Shown: positions 7,559-16,963 of the stretch, one piece after another
How the letters are laid out: every line of letters starts with the position of its first letter
Numbering within the stretch: the first letter of the stretch is position 1
NCBI GenBank assembly: GCA_049423385.1
Contig: JBMSQQ010000057.1
Span: 1 to 23,413 of the forward strand
From: Silvanigrellaceae bacterium
GTDB taxonomy: Bacteria; Bdellovibrionota_B; Oligoflexia; Silvanigrellales; Silvanigrellaceae
Direction of reading: 5' to 3'
Length of the DNA: 23,413 nt
Notes under the pieces: generated by a model
Databases searched by the model: none
The model's input: the letters and a program-made list of their open reading frames with translations, nothing else
What the model was told of the DNA's origin: nothing
Made by a program: the position numbers and the translations under genes

Positions 7559-8379
7559 TGGTCGCGCAAGAGATGCAATCCAAGGTGTTGTTGCGCGCCT
7601 CCGATCTCACCATCCGTTTTGGTGGATTGGTCGCTGTTCAGGGTTTTTCACTTGCTGTTCCTGCCCGGCAAATTGTTGGCCTGATTGGTCCGAATGGTGC
7701 AGGGAAAACAACCGTTTTTAATCTCATGACCGGTGTCTACAAGCCCAACGAGGGGCAGGTGCATCTCGAAGAGTCGGAATTGACCGGTCGCGGAGCGCAT
7801 GTGATCTCACGGGCAGGGATTGCCCGGACGTTTCAAAACATCCGATTGTTCAGTGGACTGACGGTCATGGAAAATATTGTTGCGGCTTTTTGCTGGCAGC
7901 GGCGGGGCAGGAGCCTGGCGAGTTTACTTTCCTGGCCCCGGACTGCGCGCTTTGAAAAAGAGCTCAATGAAAAAGCTCTCAGTCTTCTCGCATTTGTGGG
8001 ATTGACGGAATACCGCGACTGGGAAGCAACCTCATTGCCTTATGGCCTTCAGCGAAAATTGGAAATTGCCCGTGCATTGGCAACACAGCCAAAGGTTCTG
8101 CTTCTCGACGAGCCTGCTGCCGGAATGAATCCGACGGAAAAAGGTGAACTGGCGGCATTGGTGCGGCAGATCGTTGAACAATACGGAATTGGCGTCTTGC
8201 TAATCGAGCATGACATGAAATTTGTCATGAATCTTTGCTCGCAAATCACGGTTCTTGATCACGGAGAGGTGATCGCAGTGGGGGCACCTGCCGAGATACA
8301 GGTCAATCCCAAAGTGATTGAGGCATATCTTGGTGTCGATCACGATCTTGCTCCAAAATCGGAGGGAGATTCGAAATGA
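7555..8379 (+). CDS. livG: ABC transporter ATP-binding protein
   Basis: Walker A GPNGAGKTT, GIARTFQNIRLF, LPYGLQRKLEIARAL, LLLDEPAAGMN, IEHDM and VIEAYLG. Confidence 0.95.
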   Translation: MMVAQEMQSKVLLRASDLTIRFGGLVAVQGFSLAVPARQIVGLIGPNGAGKTTVFNLMTGVYKPNEGQVHLEESELTGRGAHVISRAGIARTFQNIRLFSGLTVMENIVAAFCWQRRGRSLASLLSWPRTARFEKELNEKALSLLAFVGLTEYRDWEATSLPYGLQRKLEIARALATQPKVLLLDEPAAGMNPTEKGELAALVRQIVEQYGIGVLLIEHDMKFVMNLCSQITVLDHGEVIAVGAPAEIQVNPKVIEAYLGVDHDLAPKSEGDSK

Positions 8380-9092
8380 GCCTTCTCAAAGTGGAAAACC
8401 TGACGGTGCGCTATGGTGCAATCGAAGCGCTGCGGGATGTGTCGTTTGAAGTCAATCAAGGCGAAATCGTGACATTCGTTGGATCGAATGGAGCCGGAAA
8501 GACAACCACAATGCGCACACTTTCTGGTTTGGTGAAACCCGTGCGTGGAAAGATCGAATTCAAGGGTTCATCATTGAACTCCTTGCCCAGCCATCAGATC
8601 GTCAAGCTCGGGCTCGCGCAGTCGCCAGAAGGTAGACTTGTTTTTCCTGATCTTTCGGTGCGGGAAAACCTGCTTCTGGGTGCATTCGCCCGCCGGGCTT
8701 CGCATCAGGAGCTCAATCGTGAACTCGAGAGTCTCTTTGAACTTTTTCCGCGCCTGAAGGAACGCCTTCATCAGGATGCCCATACACTGTCGGGAGGCGA
8801 GCAGCAGATGTTGGCGATTGGACGTGCTCTGATGGCCAAGCCCACCTTGTTGCTGTTGGATGAGCCAAGTCTTGGGATTGCGCCACTTCTCGTGCAGCAG
8901 ATTTTCCAAAAAATTCTCGAATTGAATCGCAATGAGGGGATGACCGTTCTGCTGGCAGAGCAAAATGCAAGAATGGCCCTGAAAATTGCTCACAGGGCAT
9001 ACGTGCTGGAAGTCGGAGAGATTGTACAACAGGGCGCTGCCGCCGAATTGTTGAACGACGAAAAACTTCAGAAGGCTTATCTGGGAGGTTGA
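8376..9092 (+). CDS. livF: ABC transporter ATP-binding protein
   Basis: GSNGAGKTT, SPEGRLVF, LSGGEQQMLAIGRALM, LLLDEPSLGIAP and AYLGG. ATGA overlap with livG. Confidence 0.95.
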   Translation: MSLLKVENLTVRYGAIEALRDVSFEVNQGEIVTFVGSNGAGKTTTMRTLSGLVKPVRGKIEFKGSSLNSLPSHQIVKLGLAQSPEGRLVFPDLSVRENLLLGAFARRASHQELNRELESLFELFPRLKERLHQDAHTLSGGEQQMLAIGRALMAKPTLLLLDEPSLGIAPLLVQQIFQKILELNRNEGMTVLLAEQNARMALKIAHRAYVLEVGEIVQQGAAAELLNDEKLQKAYLGG

Positions 9093-9095
9093 GCA

Positions 9096-10040
9096 GTGGG
9101 AATTCTTGTTGCGCGCACGAGAAGCGAATTGCGTTCCATGATCGCCTCCCTGAAGTCCACACTCGAAGACGCTGGAGTGCGTCCTCAGGTTGGATTTGTA
9201 CCGACAATGGGAGCTCTTCATCAGGGACATGCAACTCTCGTGCGCAGAAGTTCCAAGGAAAACTCCATCACGGTTGTCTCTATTTTTGTGAATCCCAAGC
9301 AGTTTTCGGTGAACGAGGACCTCGACAAATATCCGCGAACCTTCGAAAGTGATTGCGCTCTTTGCGAATCGGCCGGTGCACAGCTGGTCTTTGCGCCCTC
9401 GAATGAGGAAATGTATCCGCCGGATTTCAAAACCAGCATTGGTGTGAGGGAGTTGGGTGATGTGCTCTGTGGTGCATACCGTCCCGGGCATTTCGATGGG
9501 GTCTGCACGGTTGTCATGTTGCTTTTGAATCTGGTTTTGCCAGAGAAAGCCTATTTTGGTCTGAAGGATTTTCAGCAGTTCGCGATTGTTTCGCGAATGA
9601 TGCGCGATCTTGAGCATCGCACCCGGATCATCGGAGTGCCGACCGTCAGGGAGCAGGATGGTCTTGCCATGAGCAGCAGGAACAAATACCTCGACGCCCA
9701 CTCGAGACAGACTGCTGCATGTATACCGCGGGCATTGTGTGCCGGCGCCGAGTGTTTCTTGAGCGGTGTTTCCGAGGTGGATGTCATTCTTGCCGAGTGT
9801 CGTGAGCACTTGAGGCAGGTTCCGGACTTTGAATTGCAGTACCTTGAAATTCGTAGCGCAAAAACCTTGTCATCCGTTGAAAGTAAAATATCCAGCGAGT
9901 CTGTTCTCGCAATTGCCGGATTTGCGGTGAACGCTGATGGTGGCAAAACTCGCTTGATTGACAACATACTTCTTACACATGATCCTGATCATCTCGAGGC
10001 GCTTCTGGATTTTGTCCGCCTCGTTTCGAAGTCCAGGTAA
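9096..10040 (+). CDS. panC: Pantoate--beta-alanine ligase (pantothenate synthetase)
   Basis: VPTMGALHQGH, SIFVNPKQF, RPGHFDGV, FGLKDFQQ, REQDGLAMSSRN and TRLIDN. GTG start 3 nt after the livF stop, with GGAGG inside the livF end. Confidence 0.97.
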   Translation: MGILVARTRSELRSMIASLKSTLEDAGVRPQVGFVPTMGALHQGHATLVRRSSKENSITVVSIFVNPKQFSVNEDLDKYPRTFESDCALCESAGAQLVFAPSNEEMYPPDFKTSIGVRELGDVLCGAYRPGHFDGVCTVVMLLLNLVLPEKAYFGLKDFQQFAIVSRMMRDLEHRTRIIGVPTVREQDGLAMSSRNKYLDAHSRQTAACIPRALCAGAECFLSGVSEVDVILAECREHLRQVPDFELQYLEIRSAKTLSSVESKISSESVLAIAGFAVNADGGKTRLIDNILLTHDPDHLEALLDFVRLVSKSR

Positions 10041-10049
10041 GGTGAATCA

Positions 10050-12686
10050 ATGTTTCGATTGCTGGGGATTCATTTTTCGCGTTGGTTGTTTCTGCTGACC
10101 CCGATCCGTGCGTTGTTTCGCCTTGAGTTGACGCCAACCGAGGAACCTGAAACCTGGATCAAAAAAGTCACTTCAGGAAAAGACGTTATCTACGTCGTTC
10201 CACGGATGTCGGTTCTGGATCTGTTGGCGGTCAACAAGGCGCTCAAGCGTTTGGGGATGCCGCGTGTCTGGCATGAGGCACGACCGAACCGCTTCCGCAA
10301 GACGGCGCTTCTTTCGATGCGCCCCCGCAAGATCAGTTTTTTGCCGCGCAGCCGGGTCGACTTTTTCAGTCCAGCCGTGTCAAAACTGATGGCCGAAGAT
10401 CATCGCATCAAGCGTGGTGAACTTGTTATTCTGCCCGTTCAAGTTTTTTGGAGCCGGGTTCCGGATCGGAGTGACCGGAATATTCTTCTTCGATCGCTGT
10501 TTCCAGATGAAGGAACGGAAAACGTTTTTCAAAAATACTTCATGCTGCTGATTCATGGTGGTTTGCTGCGGGTTCACTTTGGTCAACCGCTTGAATTGTC
10601 GCAAGTCGCACAGGGAGAGGAGTTGCTCGCCGGGCGACGATTGCGCAGGACCATGTTGATTGAATTTCAGCGGGAGCGAACAGCCGCGTGTGGTCCTGTA
10701 GTCTATGACCTTGCCACTGTCAGTCAAAGGATTTTGGCAAGCCACGACATCAAGAAACTTGTGAACCAGTCTGACAATCCAGCCAAGCAAATGCGCAAGG
10801 CAGCTCATTATCTCCGGGAGATCGCCTCGAAATACAATTACAGCACGATTCGCGCCATGGAGACCGTGCTGGATTTTGTCTGGACGCGGATATTTCAAGG
10901 TGTTCGTGTCCGCAATCTGGATGCTGTCGCACAGATCACCAAACAGGGGCAAATCATCTGGATTCCTTGTCATCGCAGTCATCTTGATTATTTGTTGTTG
11001 TCATATCTGATGAAGCGCAAAGGGCTTGCTCCACCGCACATCGCGGCCGGTGTGAATTTGAGTTTTTTCCCGGCAGGGCCTGTGCTGCGCCGGGGGGGCG
11101 CATTTTTCCTGCGCAGATCGTTTGCCGGAAACAAATTGTACAGCGCCGTGTTTTCAAATTATGTCGACTTTCTTTTGACCAATGGTCATCCGGTGGAATT
11201 TTTCCACGAAGGCGGGCGCTCGCGTATCGGTAAACTGCTGGTGCCAAAAACCGGTATGACCGCAATGTGCGTCAACAGCATTCTCAAACGTCGCGCTGAA
11301 AACACCTATTTCTGCCCGGTGTTCATTTCCTATGACAAGGTCATGGAAGACAACTCATATGCACGCGAGCTCAGCGGCGCAAAAAAAGAAGCCGAATCAT
11401 TTTTCCAGCTGATTCGTTCCTTGCGTTACCTGTTCAGCAACTACGGGCGGGTTGAAGTTGCCTTTGGCACGCCTGTTCGCTTTGGTGATTTTTGGACGGA
11501 TTACGTCTCCAGAACTCAAGCGCATGGTGGCCGTGGTGCCCAAAATGTGGAACGTGTACCTTTGCCTTTGGAACTTTCTTCACTGCCTGCGGATTTTGAT
11601 CTTCGCGATTCACGTGTGCAGGCCATGGTTCGCGAATTGGCAAAACGCATCAACCAAGGGATCAACGCCTGCGCGACAGCTTCCGACACCGCCTTGTTGG
11701 CTTCGGTGGTTTTGGGAAGAAGCCATGCATCTGCAGAGTCGGACAACGAATTGGATGTGCAGCTATGTCTCCAAAAAGTGTCCTCGCTGCGTCGACTCCT
11801 GGAACGTTGTGGAAGCCTCTTGGGATGGGCAATATCGGCGGGTGAGCCGGGTGAAATGACGACTGCATCCAGTGAAGTGGAACTCATCACCAGCAACGCG
11901 CCGCAACTTGCCGTTGCCGACGAAGCGAAAAAGCGTCCGCCTGATCTGGTTTCAAGTGCTGTGAAGTGGGGATTTCTGCAGACGCGGCGGGATGCGAACG
12001 GCCGGCATCTGCTCAGGCCTGCAGACTCGGCTCAATTGAATCTTTGGTGGTATCGTGGAACCATTTTTCATTTATTGTCGGTGCCGGGCATAGTCGCAAC
12101 AATTCTTGAACGCGGATTGTTGTCGACAACCCGGAGCGATTCAGCGCCCCGGAGCGTTTCCATTTCCGCTCTTGAATATCAAACTGCCGAAATTCGTCGG
12201 TTGTGGGATGACGAACTGTTTTGGCCAGAAACCACATCGACGGCAACCATCGTATTGAGCTGCCTGGAAATTTTCGAAGAGCTTGAGCTTGTCCGCCGGG
12301 ACAGGGCAAAAGAAACAGTTTCACTGGTGGAAAAGTCCGAAAGCCAGCAAACACTGCAGTGGATTTCGGGCCTCGTTCGGCCTGAGATTGAGTTGTACAG
12401 TGTGCAGCTCGGAGCAGCTGTTCAGCTTTCACAGGAGGAGTCGGTTTTCAAACGGGATGAGCTTGTGTCGCTCGCAGCCCGCTTGCATCGGTCTGCATTC
12501 CTGAGAGGACATCTGCAGGTTCAGAGCCAACTGAGCGGTGTATTCGGTGGTCGTATCTTTGACTCATATTCTCGCGCCGGAGTTTTTGCACCGGCAGAAG
12601 GTGTGGGAATGAGCCTCGTCTATTCCCAGCTTTCATCACTTTCCGAATTTCTGCAGGTTGAGCGCTGGCGCGACTATTCGTTGTGA
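10050..12686 (+). CDS. plsB: Glycerol-3-phosphate 1-O-acyltransferase, PlsB type (878 aa)
   Basis: Acyltransferase blocks PCHRSHLDY (HxxxxD), GGAFFLRRSF, FFHEGGRSRIGK and PVFISYDKVME..Y..EL.G..K..ES. Length matches PlsB. Confidence 0.92.
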   Translation: MFRLLGIHFSRWLFLLTPIRALFRLELTPTEEPETWIKKVTSGKDVIYVVPRMSVLDLLAVNKALKRLGMPRVWHEARPNRFRKTALLSMRPRKISFLPRSRVDFFSPAVSKLMAEDHRIKRGELVILPVQVFWSRVPDRSDRNILLRSLFPDEGTENVFQKYFMLLIHGGLLRVHFGQPLELSQVAQGEELLAGRRLRRTMLIEFQRERTAACGPVVYDLATVSQRILASHDIKKLVNQSDNPAKQMRKAAHYLREIASKYNYSTIRAMETVLDFVWTRIFQGVRVRNLDAVAQITKQGQIIWIPCHRSHLDYLLLSYLMKRKGLAPPHIAAGVNLSFFPAGPVLRRGGAFFLRRSFAGNKLYSAVFSNYVDFLLTNGHPVEFFHEGGRSRIGKLLVPKTGMTAMCVNSILKRRAENTYFCPVFISYDKVMEDNSYARELSGAKKEAESFFQLIRSLRYLFSNYGRVEVAFGTPVRFGDFWTDYVSRTQAHGGRGAQNVERVPLPLELSSLPADFDLRDSRVQAMVRELAKRINQGINACATASDTALLASVVLGRSHASAESDNELDVQLCLQKVSSLRRLLERCGSLLGWAISAGEPGEMTTASSEVELITSNAPQLAVADEAKKRPPDLVSSAVKWGFLQTRRDANGRHLLRPADSAQLNLWWYRGTIFHLLSVPGIVATILERGLLSTTRSDSAPRSVSISALEYQTAEIRRLWDDELFWPETTSTATIVLSCLEIFEELELVRRDRAKETVSLVEKSESQQTLQWISGLVRPEIELYSVQLGAAVQLSQEESVFKRDELVSLAARLHRSAFLRGHLQVQSQLSGVFGGRIFDSYSRAGVFAPAEGVGMSLVYSQLSSLSEFLQVERWRDYSL

Positions 12687-12774
12687 AATCGTTCTGCTGC
12701 AGCGTAAGTGTTGAGTTGCGCGAGCTTCTTCGGGCCCGTTTTGGGAACAACACCATCGAAAGGCTGACGACGGG

Positions 12775-13854
12775 TCAGCGGGACGGTGGTGAAGGTGAAA
12801 TCGAAGGAGTGCTTGAAGTTGTATTTGTGACTTGTCCCCTCGAAAAATAACTTTGCAGCATGTTCTGGTCGATGCAGCTCATCGTCCCTGGGAAATAGAC
12901 TTGGCCCTGAGGGCAACAGACGCCCATGTTGGCATCATAACTGGGTGCGTTCGCTGGGCACATGGGTGCCGACACGGGAAGCGAGGCAAAATCAGCAATG
13001 CAATACTGTCCCGAAGAAAGCTTGTAACCTACTGGACAATTTGCTTTTCCGTCGGCTGCAATTGTCACAGGAAGATTTTCTTTCACAGTGCAATGCATAA
13101 TTCCGTATATGCTCTTGAAGTCTGTGTTCATTTCAGTCACGTTTCTGCACGTAACTCCGAATTTGACGTAACTCCAGACACCATTGATTCCAAGCATGTC
13201 GTCGGCTGTGAAGAAACTCGATCTGCCCATAATTGAATTTTCGTTCATGGTTTCGACGCCGGTTTGCCTTCCATCTTCATCATAAACGTCTCCGAGACCG
13301 AAAATGTGTCCCAATTCATGAGCGACAACTCTCTCTCCACCATGCCATCCCGAAGACGCGAGCTTGATTTGGCGTTGCAGAGGGTAAGCGTGGGCCCTGC
13401 ACAGGCGACCATCCGGTTCGGGAAGATAAAATCCCGCGCAGCGGAGATTGGCTGACACGCCAACGTCTGTTTCGATCGTAATGGCATCGCTGGGTTTGTT
13501 TTTGCATTGGTTTGCACCCATATAATAAACGATGTTGACGTTGTTGCGTCGCCAGAATTGGTTGAACTGCAGAAAACTCAACCAGGTCTTCAATGCGGAA
13601 TCGGTGCTGGCCTGGACTTCATTCAGGCGTTTTGCAATATCTGCATCTGTGATGCCTTGTGCTTTGACAAAGGTTGGGATTCGTTCCTGGATGCAAACAG
13701 AAATAAGGTTTTTGCTGTCGACGTCCCGGAGCAACGAGACTTTGTTGGCGCTTTCATTCACCGCATAGTTGACTTCAGAACTTGTACCCTCCTTCATGCA
13801 GGAAAGGTTCAGGACAAGCGAAAGAGCCAAAGTGAATTTGAGGACTTGGTTCAT
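12775..13854 (-). CDS. Metzincin-type zinc metalloprotease, probable lipoprotein, with Cys-rich C-terminal region
   Basis: HELGHIFGLGD (HExxHxxGxxD) and Met-turn SIMG. Signal peptide ends in LNLS-C. C-terminal CPVGY..YC / CPANAP..CCPQG..SC, then a Ser/Thr/Pro tail. Confidence 0.85.
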   Translation of the reverse strand: MNQVLKFTLALSLVLNLSCMKEGTSSEVNYAVNESANKVSLLRDVDSKNLISVCIQERIPTFVKAQGITDADIAKRLNEVQASTDSALKTWLSFLQFNQFWRRNNVNIVYYMGANQCKNKPSDAITIETDVGVSANLRCAGFYLPEPDGRLCRAHAYPLQRQIKLASSGWHGGERVVAHELGHIFGLGDVYDEDGRQTGVETMNENSIMGRSSFFTADDMLGINGVWSYVKFGVTCRNVTEMNTDFKSIYGIMHCTVKENLPVTIAADGKANCPVGYKLSSGQYCIADFASLPVSAPMCPANAPSYDANMGVCCPQGQVYFPGTMSCIDQNMLQSYFSRGQVTNTTSSTPSISPSPPSR

Positions 13855-13896
13855 ATCTGATGACCCTCTGAGTCCTTGGCGAAAAATTACCCTTCC

Positions 13897-13923
13897 TTTT
13901 CGGTGCAGCTGAGTCGGTTCTGA
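13897..13923 (-). promoter_or_regulatory. Possible sigma28-type promoter of the metalloprotease gene
   Basis: Minus strand TCAG-N15-ACCGAAAA, 42 nt upstream of the ATG. An overlapping weaker TAAA-N14-ACCGACTC lies just upstream. Confidence 0.35.
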
Positions 13924-14014
13924 AATAGATTTTTTAAAGCTTCAGATATATTGAAAAACTTCTGCCGACCGAATTGAATCCGGTGGCCATGCCTGGCGGC
14001 TGTAATTCAACTCT

Positions 14015-15544
14015 CTAGCGTCCTTGTGGCCCCAGCCAACGCCAGAAAATTGAGTCGCTTTTTCCAGCGCGTTGCTCGGTGATTTCATTTTGGGGATCGT
14101 TCAACAGGGTGGCGACGTTGTCGATTTTTGGGATTCCGAATTGGTAATTCGCCAGTGCACGATTGATTTCGTTGATCGCTGAGCCGCTGCCAAGCAACAG
14201 GCAAAGAAGAGTCACGGTCATTGGAATATATTGGTAAGTGAACTCGCGTCGCAATATTCGAACCCAAAAAGACAACAGGAACATGAGTGCAGGAATTGAG
14301 GCACGCATGCACAAGTCGTTCATGAATCCCATTTTGTATGTTGGAAGCACGAGCAGGGCCAGAATTGCAGTCCACCCGGTGACTTTCTGCAAAGCAGTGA
14401 GTTTGGCCGGCGGCGGCAGATCAATTTGATTGAGATAAACCTTGGCTTTGAGATGTTGGCTGAAAAAAGGCAAGGCAACAAAGACTGTCTCGAGAAAAAA
14501 CAACAGAAGAAAGTTGCGCGTGAATCCAGGTGCAGAAAACTGCCAATTGGAAGGAAACTTGAAGGCATTGGAAGAATAGAAAAGCATTGCGGTTGCAGCC
14601 AGAGTCGGACCGGCAAAAAGGTTTGCTGAAGACAGCATGTTTTGAATGTTTCCGGTGCGCAGTTCGCGAACAGCCAAGATGACAAGAAAGGGCAACAAGC
14701 CGAGACTGGCCACTGGGCTCCAAAGCAAAGACATGGCTGCGAGCAGCCAAATGATTTGCTGGCCAATCTGGCGCTCGAGAACAAGCAGGATTGCCGATGT
14801 GACTATCCAGGGCGCGAGCGTGTGTTGTGGCACCCAGAAAAGCAGGGTTGTTGTGCTTGAGAACTGACCCAGTGAAGCCCACCATTCAATATGTAGACCT
14901 GGAGTCAGTGCCCCGTTGCCATAACTCAGCAGTGCCCCCAGAAAATCGAAGCCGCCAAACAAAATGAAAACCAGGATTGAAAGCAGTCGTCGTCCAAAAC
15001 TCAAGTCATCAAGACGCATGGCCAGGGAGAACATGCACCACGAAATCATCAAACCGATGTACGTCCAGAAAAAAATGAAATTGTTTGCGTGTTGCCAGCC
15101 TAGGTATTTTCCGACGAAGGCGGCCGGCAAATAATAAACGACATAGTAGACCAGAGGCACTCCCTCGCGGAGCTTGAGTGGCCAGGGATTTTGAGTCAGG
15201 TCCTTCAAGAGCGCATTGCTTGCTGCATAGTCGCTGTTTTGAAATCCGATTCCGCCGGTGCCGGACAGAGCGCACCAGACGAAAAGCAAAACGAATGCGA
15301 GTGCGTTTTTTTGAATCAGGGAGGCTGGAATCTTCCAGAGATTGTTTCGGACGCCTGTGGGGCGGGGTTGGGACAGGAGAGCGTGCAGGACAAGTGCGAT
15401 TGAGATGATTGCCGCACCGGCGTTCAACCACCAGCCACTGAACATGATGACTGGCAGCCCCAGATAGATTGCAGCCGCAAAAAGCAGCCACAGTGCAGTG
15501 TCGGCGACGACTTCTTCATCCTCACGGTAAACAGCAGTGCTCAT
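14015..15544 (-). CDS. Polytopic membrane protein, possibly GT-C-fold glycosyltransferase-like (509 aa)
   Basis: About 12 or more hydrophobic segments. Loop motifs include an acidic NSDY..NALLKDL..NPWP, LVYY..YYLPAAFVGK, EWW...QFSSTTTLLFWVPQH and DLCMRASIP. The CDS is solid; the function is inference. Confidence 0.7.
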   Translation of the reverse strand: MSTAVYREDEEVVADTALWLLFAAAIYLGLPVIMFSGWWLNAGAAIISIALVLHALLSQPRPTGVRNNLWKIPASLIQKNALAFVLLFVWCALSGTGGIGFQNSDYAASNALLKDLTQNPWPLKLREGVPLVYYVVYYLPAAFVGKYLGWQHANNFIFFWTYIGLMISWCMFSLAMRLDDLSFGRRLLSILVFILFGGFDFLGALLSYGNGALTPGLHIEWWASLGQFSSTTTLLFWVPQHTLAPWIVTSAILLVLERQIGQQIIWLLAAMSLLWSPVASLGLLPFLVILAVRELRTGNIQNMLSSANLFAGPTLAATAMLFYSSNAFKFPSNWQFSAPGFTRNFLLLFFLETVFVALPFFSQHLKAKVYLNQIDLPPPAKLTALQKVTGWTAILALLVLPTYKMGFMNDLCMRASIPALMFLLSFWVRILRREFTYQYIPMTVTLLCLLLGSGSAINEINRALANYQFGIPKIDNVATLLNDPQNEITEQRAGKSDSIFWRWLGPQGR

Positions 15545-15551
15545 GGCTGAT

Positions 15552-16892
15552 TCATTCTTTGGTCACAGTCATGAATTGCATCTTCTTTCCATGTGTCGAC
15601 AGCACAAGTGCACGTGCGCGGCCTTCTCCGGGAGGCATGACCGAAACGCTCCTGCTTCGCTCCTGGCCAGGATTTGTGTAGGCGGTGGCAATCACTGTTC
15701 CACGTGGCATGTGGGATGGAACGAGCGCAAAGTTTCCGATGACGACGGGTTTGGTCGGCTTGGGATCCCTGGGCTCAACGAGCGGACCGGACAACGAACG
15801 GGTCAGGGCCGGGATTTGCATGCGCACATCGGACGGCTGTCCCAATGCTCGCGTCACATTTGCCAACCTGAGACTGCGCTTCTGGCGCGGACTTTCTCGT
15901 CCGTTTTCGTCGATGCCGACCGTATTGTCGACCAGCCAATCCGGATTCCACATTTGCAGTGAAACAAGACGTTTGTCGGAAGTCAGGCTGCCAAAGAAGG
16001 TCGGGCCACGTGTGAATCCAATCAGGCTCAGCTCAACAACCTTTTGCAGGTTGGGCTCGGATTTCAGCCAATCCTGAAGACACCTGAAGTTTCCTGAAAA
16101 ATTGCTGAGCAGAATTGTGATCCGCTCGACCGCGTCCAGTGCCAGCTGCTTTTTGGCGGATTGGCACATGGACTCGAGGCGAATCCCGGACTCATGGACG
16201 ACTTTTGCGAACTGTGTGTTGTCAAAATCCGAATCGGCCAGTGCATGCAGAACGAGTCCTTGCGTGCTGGGCCGCGTCGGGAGGTTGGCCGGAACTTTTC
16301 TGGAAACGACATCAAGGAACTGCCCTCTGGTGATTGCAAGTCCCTTTGCCCAGCGTTTGTAGGGTGGGGTGATGGTCGTTGACGACACCTTGATGCCTTG
16401 ACGCGTTGCAAGCTCCTCAATGGATTTCAGCTGTGTTCGCCAATCCAGATAAGAGACTTCTCCTGCTGGAAGATTTCCATTTTCGGTTGTTTCCGGCTTT
16501 TCACCAACCACCTGAGTGTTGGATGCCTCGACAGAAGAGGCCGCGGGAGATTGCGCCGCGTCGGTTTTTGCGTTGGCTTCTTTGGCATCGTTCTCGACCG
16601 ATCCGACAGCTTCAGGCGAGAGCGGTGCCTTTGGTCTGCCATCCTGTTGTGCTTGTTCCGCGGCAACATTGTCGGAAATGGCAGTTGCCTTTGAATTCTG
16701 GGTTGGTGTTTCGCTGGTGTTGATGTTGGTTTGAGCGCGAAGTGAAGCGCTTGAACGGACAGGGTCGAATTTTTCGAGAGCTTTGCGGAAAAGCATGCCC
16801 ACCACAAGCGCAAGAACAACACCGGCAAGGAATGCCACGAGGTTGGGTGGAATGAGACCCGGTTTTGAGTTTGGAGCAAGGTTTTTTGCCAT
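15552..16892 (-). CDS. Hypothetical membrane-anchored protein with a low-complexity linker and globular C-terminal domain
   Basis: Long ORF with a single N-terminal TM (LVAFLAGVVLALVVGMLF), then about 95 aa rich in Ser/Thr/Ala/Glu/Gln. The start is uncertain: ATG 16892 with AAGGTG upstream is preferred, 16934 is the alternative. Confidence 0.72.
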   Translation of the reverse strand: MAKNLAPNSKPGLIPPNLVAFLAGVVLALVVGMLFRKALEKFDPVRSSASLRAQTNINTSETPTQNSKATAISDNVAAEQAQQDGRPKAPLSPEAVGSVENDAKEANAKTDAAQSPAASSVEASNTQVVGEKPETTENGNLPAGEVSYLDWRTQLKSIEELATRQGIKVSSTTITPPYKRWAKGLAITRGQFLDVVSRKVPANLPTRPSTQGLVLHALADSDFDNTQFAKVVHESGIRLESMCQSAKKQLALDAVERITILLSNFSGNFRCLQDWLKSEPNLQKVVELSLIGFTRGPTFFGSLTSDKRLVSLQMWNPDWLVDNTVGIDENGRESPRQKRSLRLANVTRALGQPSDVRMQIPALTRSLSGPLVEPRDPKPTKPVVIGNFALVPSHMPRGTVIATAYTNPGQERSRSVSVMPPGEGRARALVLSTHGKKMQFMTVTKE

Positions 16893-16963
16893 TTGCCGCA
16901 CCTTCACCTTTGAGGAGACTTGTCCCGCGATCATAAGCCATCGGGCAATCTTCTCCTAGTGGG

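Noticed and set aside
8571..9809. 412-aa antisense ORF, plus other long antisense or alternate-frame ORFs (e.g. 29-628, 5853-6602, 10380-10982, 17253-17855)
   Set aside because: They lie opposite or inside better-supported genes and have no recognisable motifs, as expected for shadow ORFs.
11092..11098. G7 run in plsB as a phase-variation tract
   Set aside because: It encodes the conserved R-G-G of the acyltransferase block, the frame is intact, and the run is short.
12687..12774. CCATCGAAAGGCTGACG as a c-di-GMP-I riboswitch fragment
   Set aside because: It lacks the GGCAAA and GACGCAAAG elements and the P2 stem, and it lies between convergent stops where it could not regulate a gene.
16612..16941. 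109-aa alternate-frame ORF with an AGGAG upstream
   Set aside because: It overlaps the long anchored-protein ORF in another frame and its composition does not look protein-like. A regulatory role cannot be supported.
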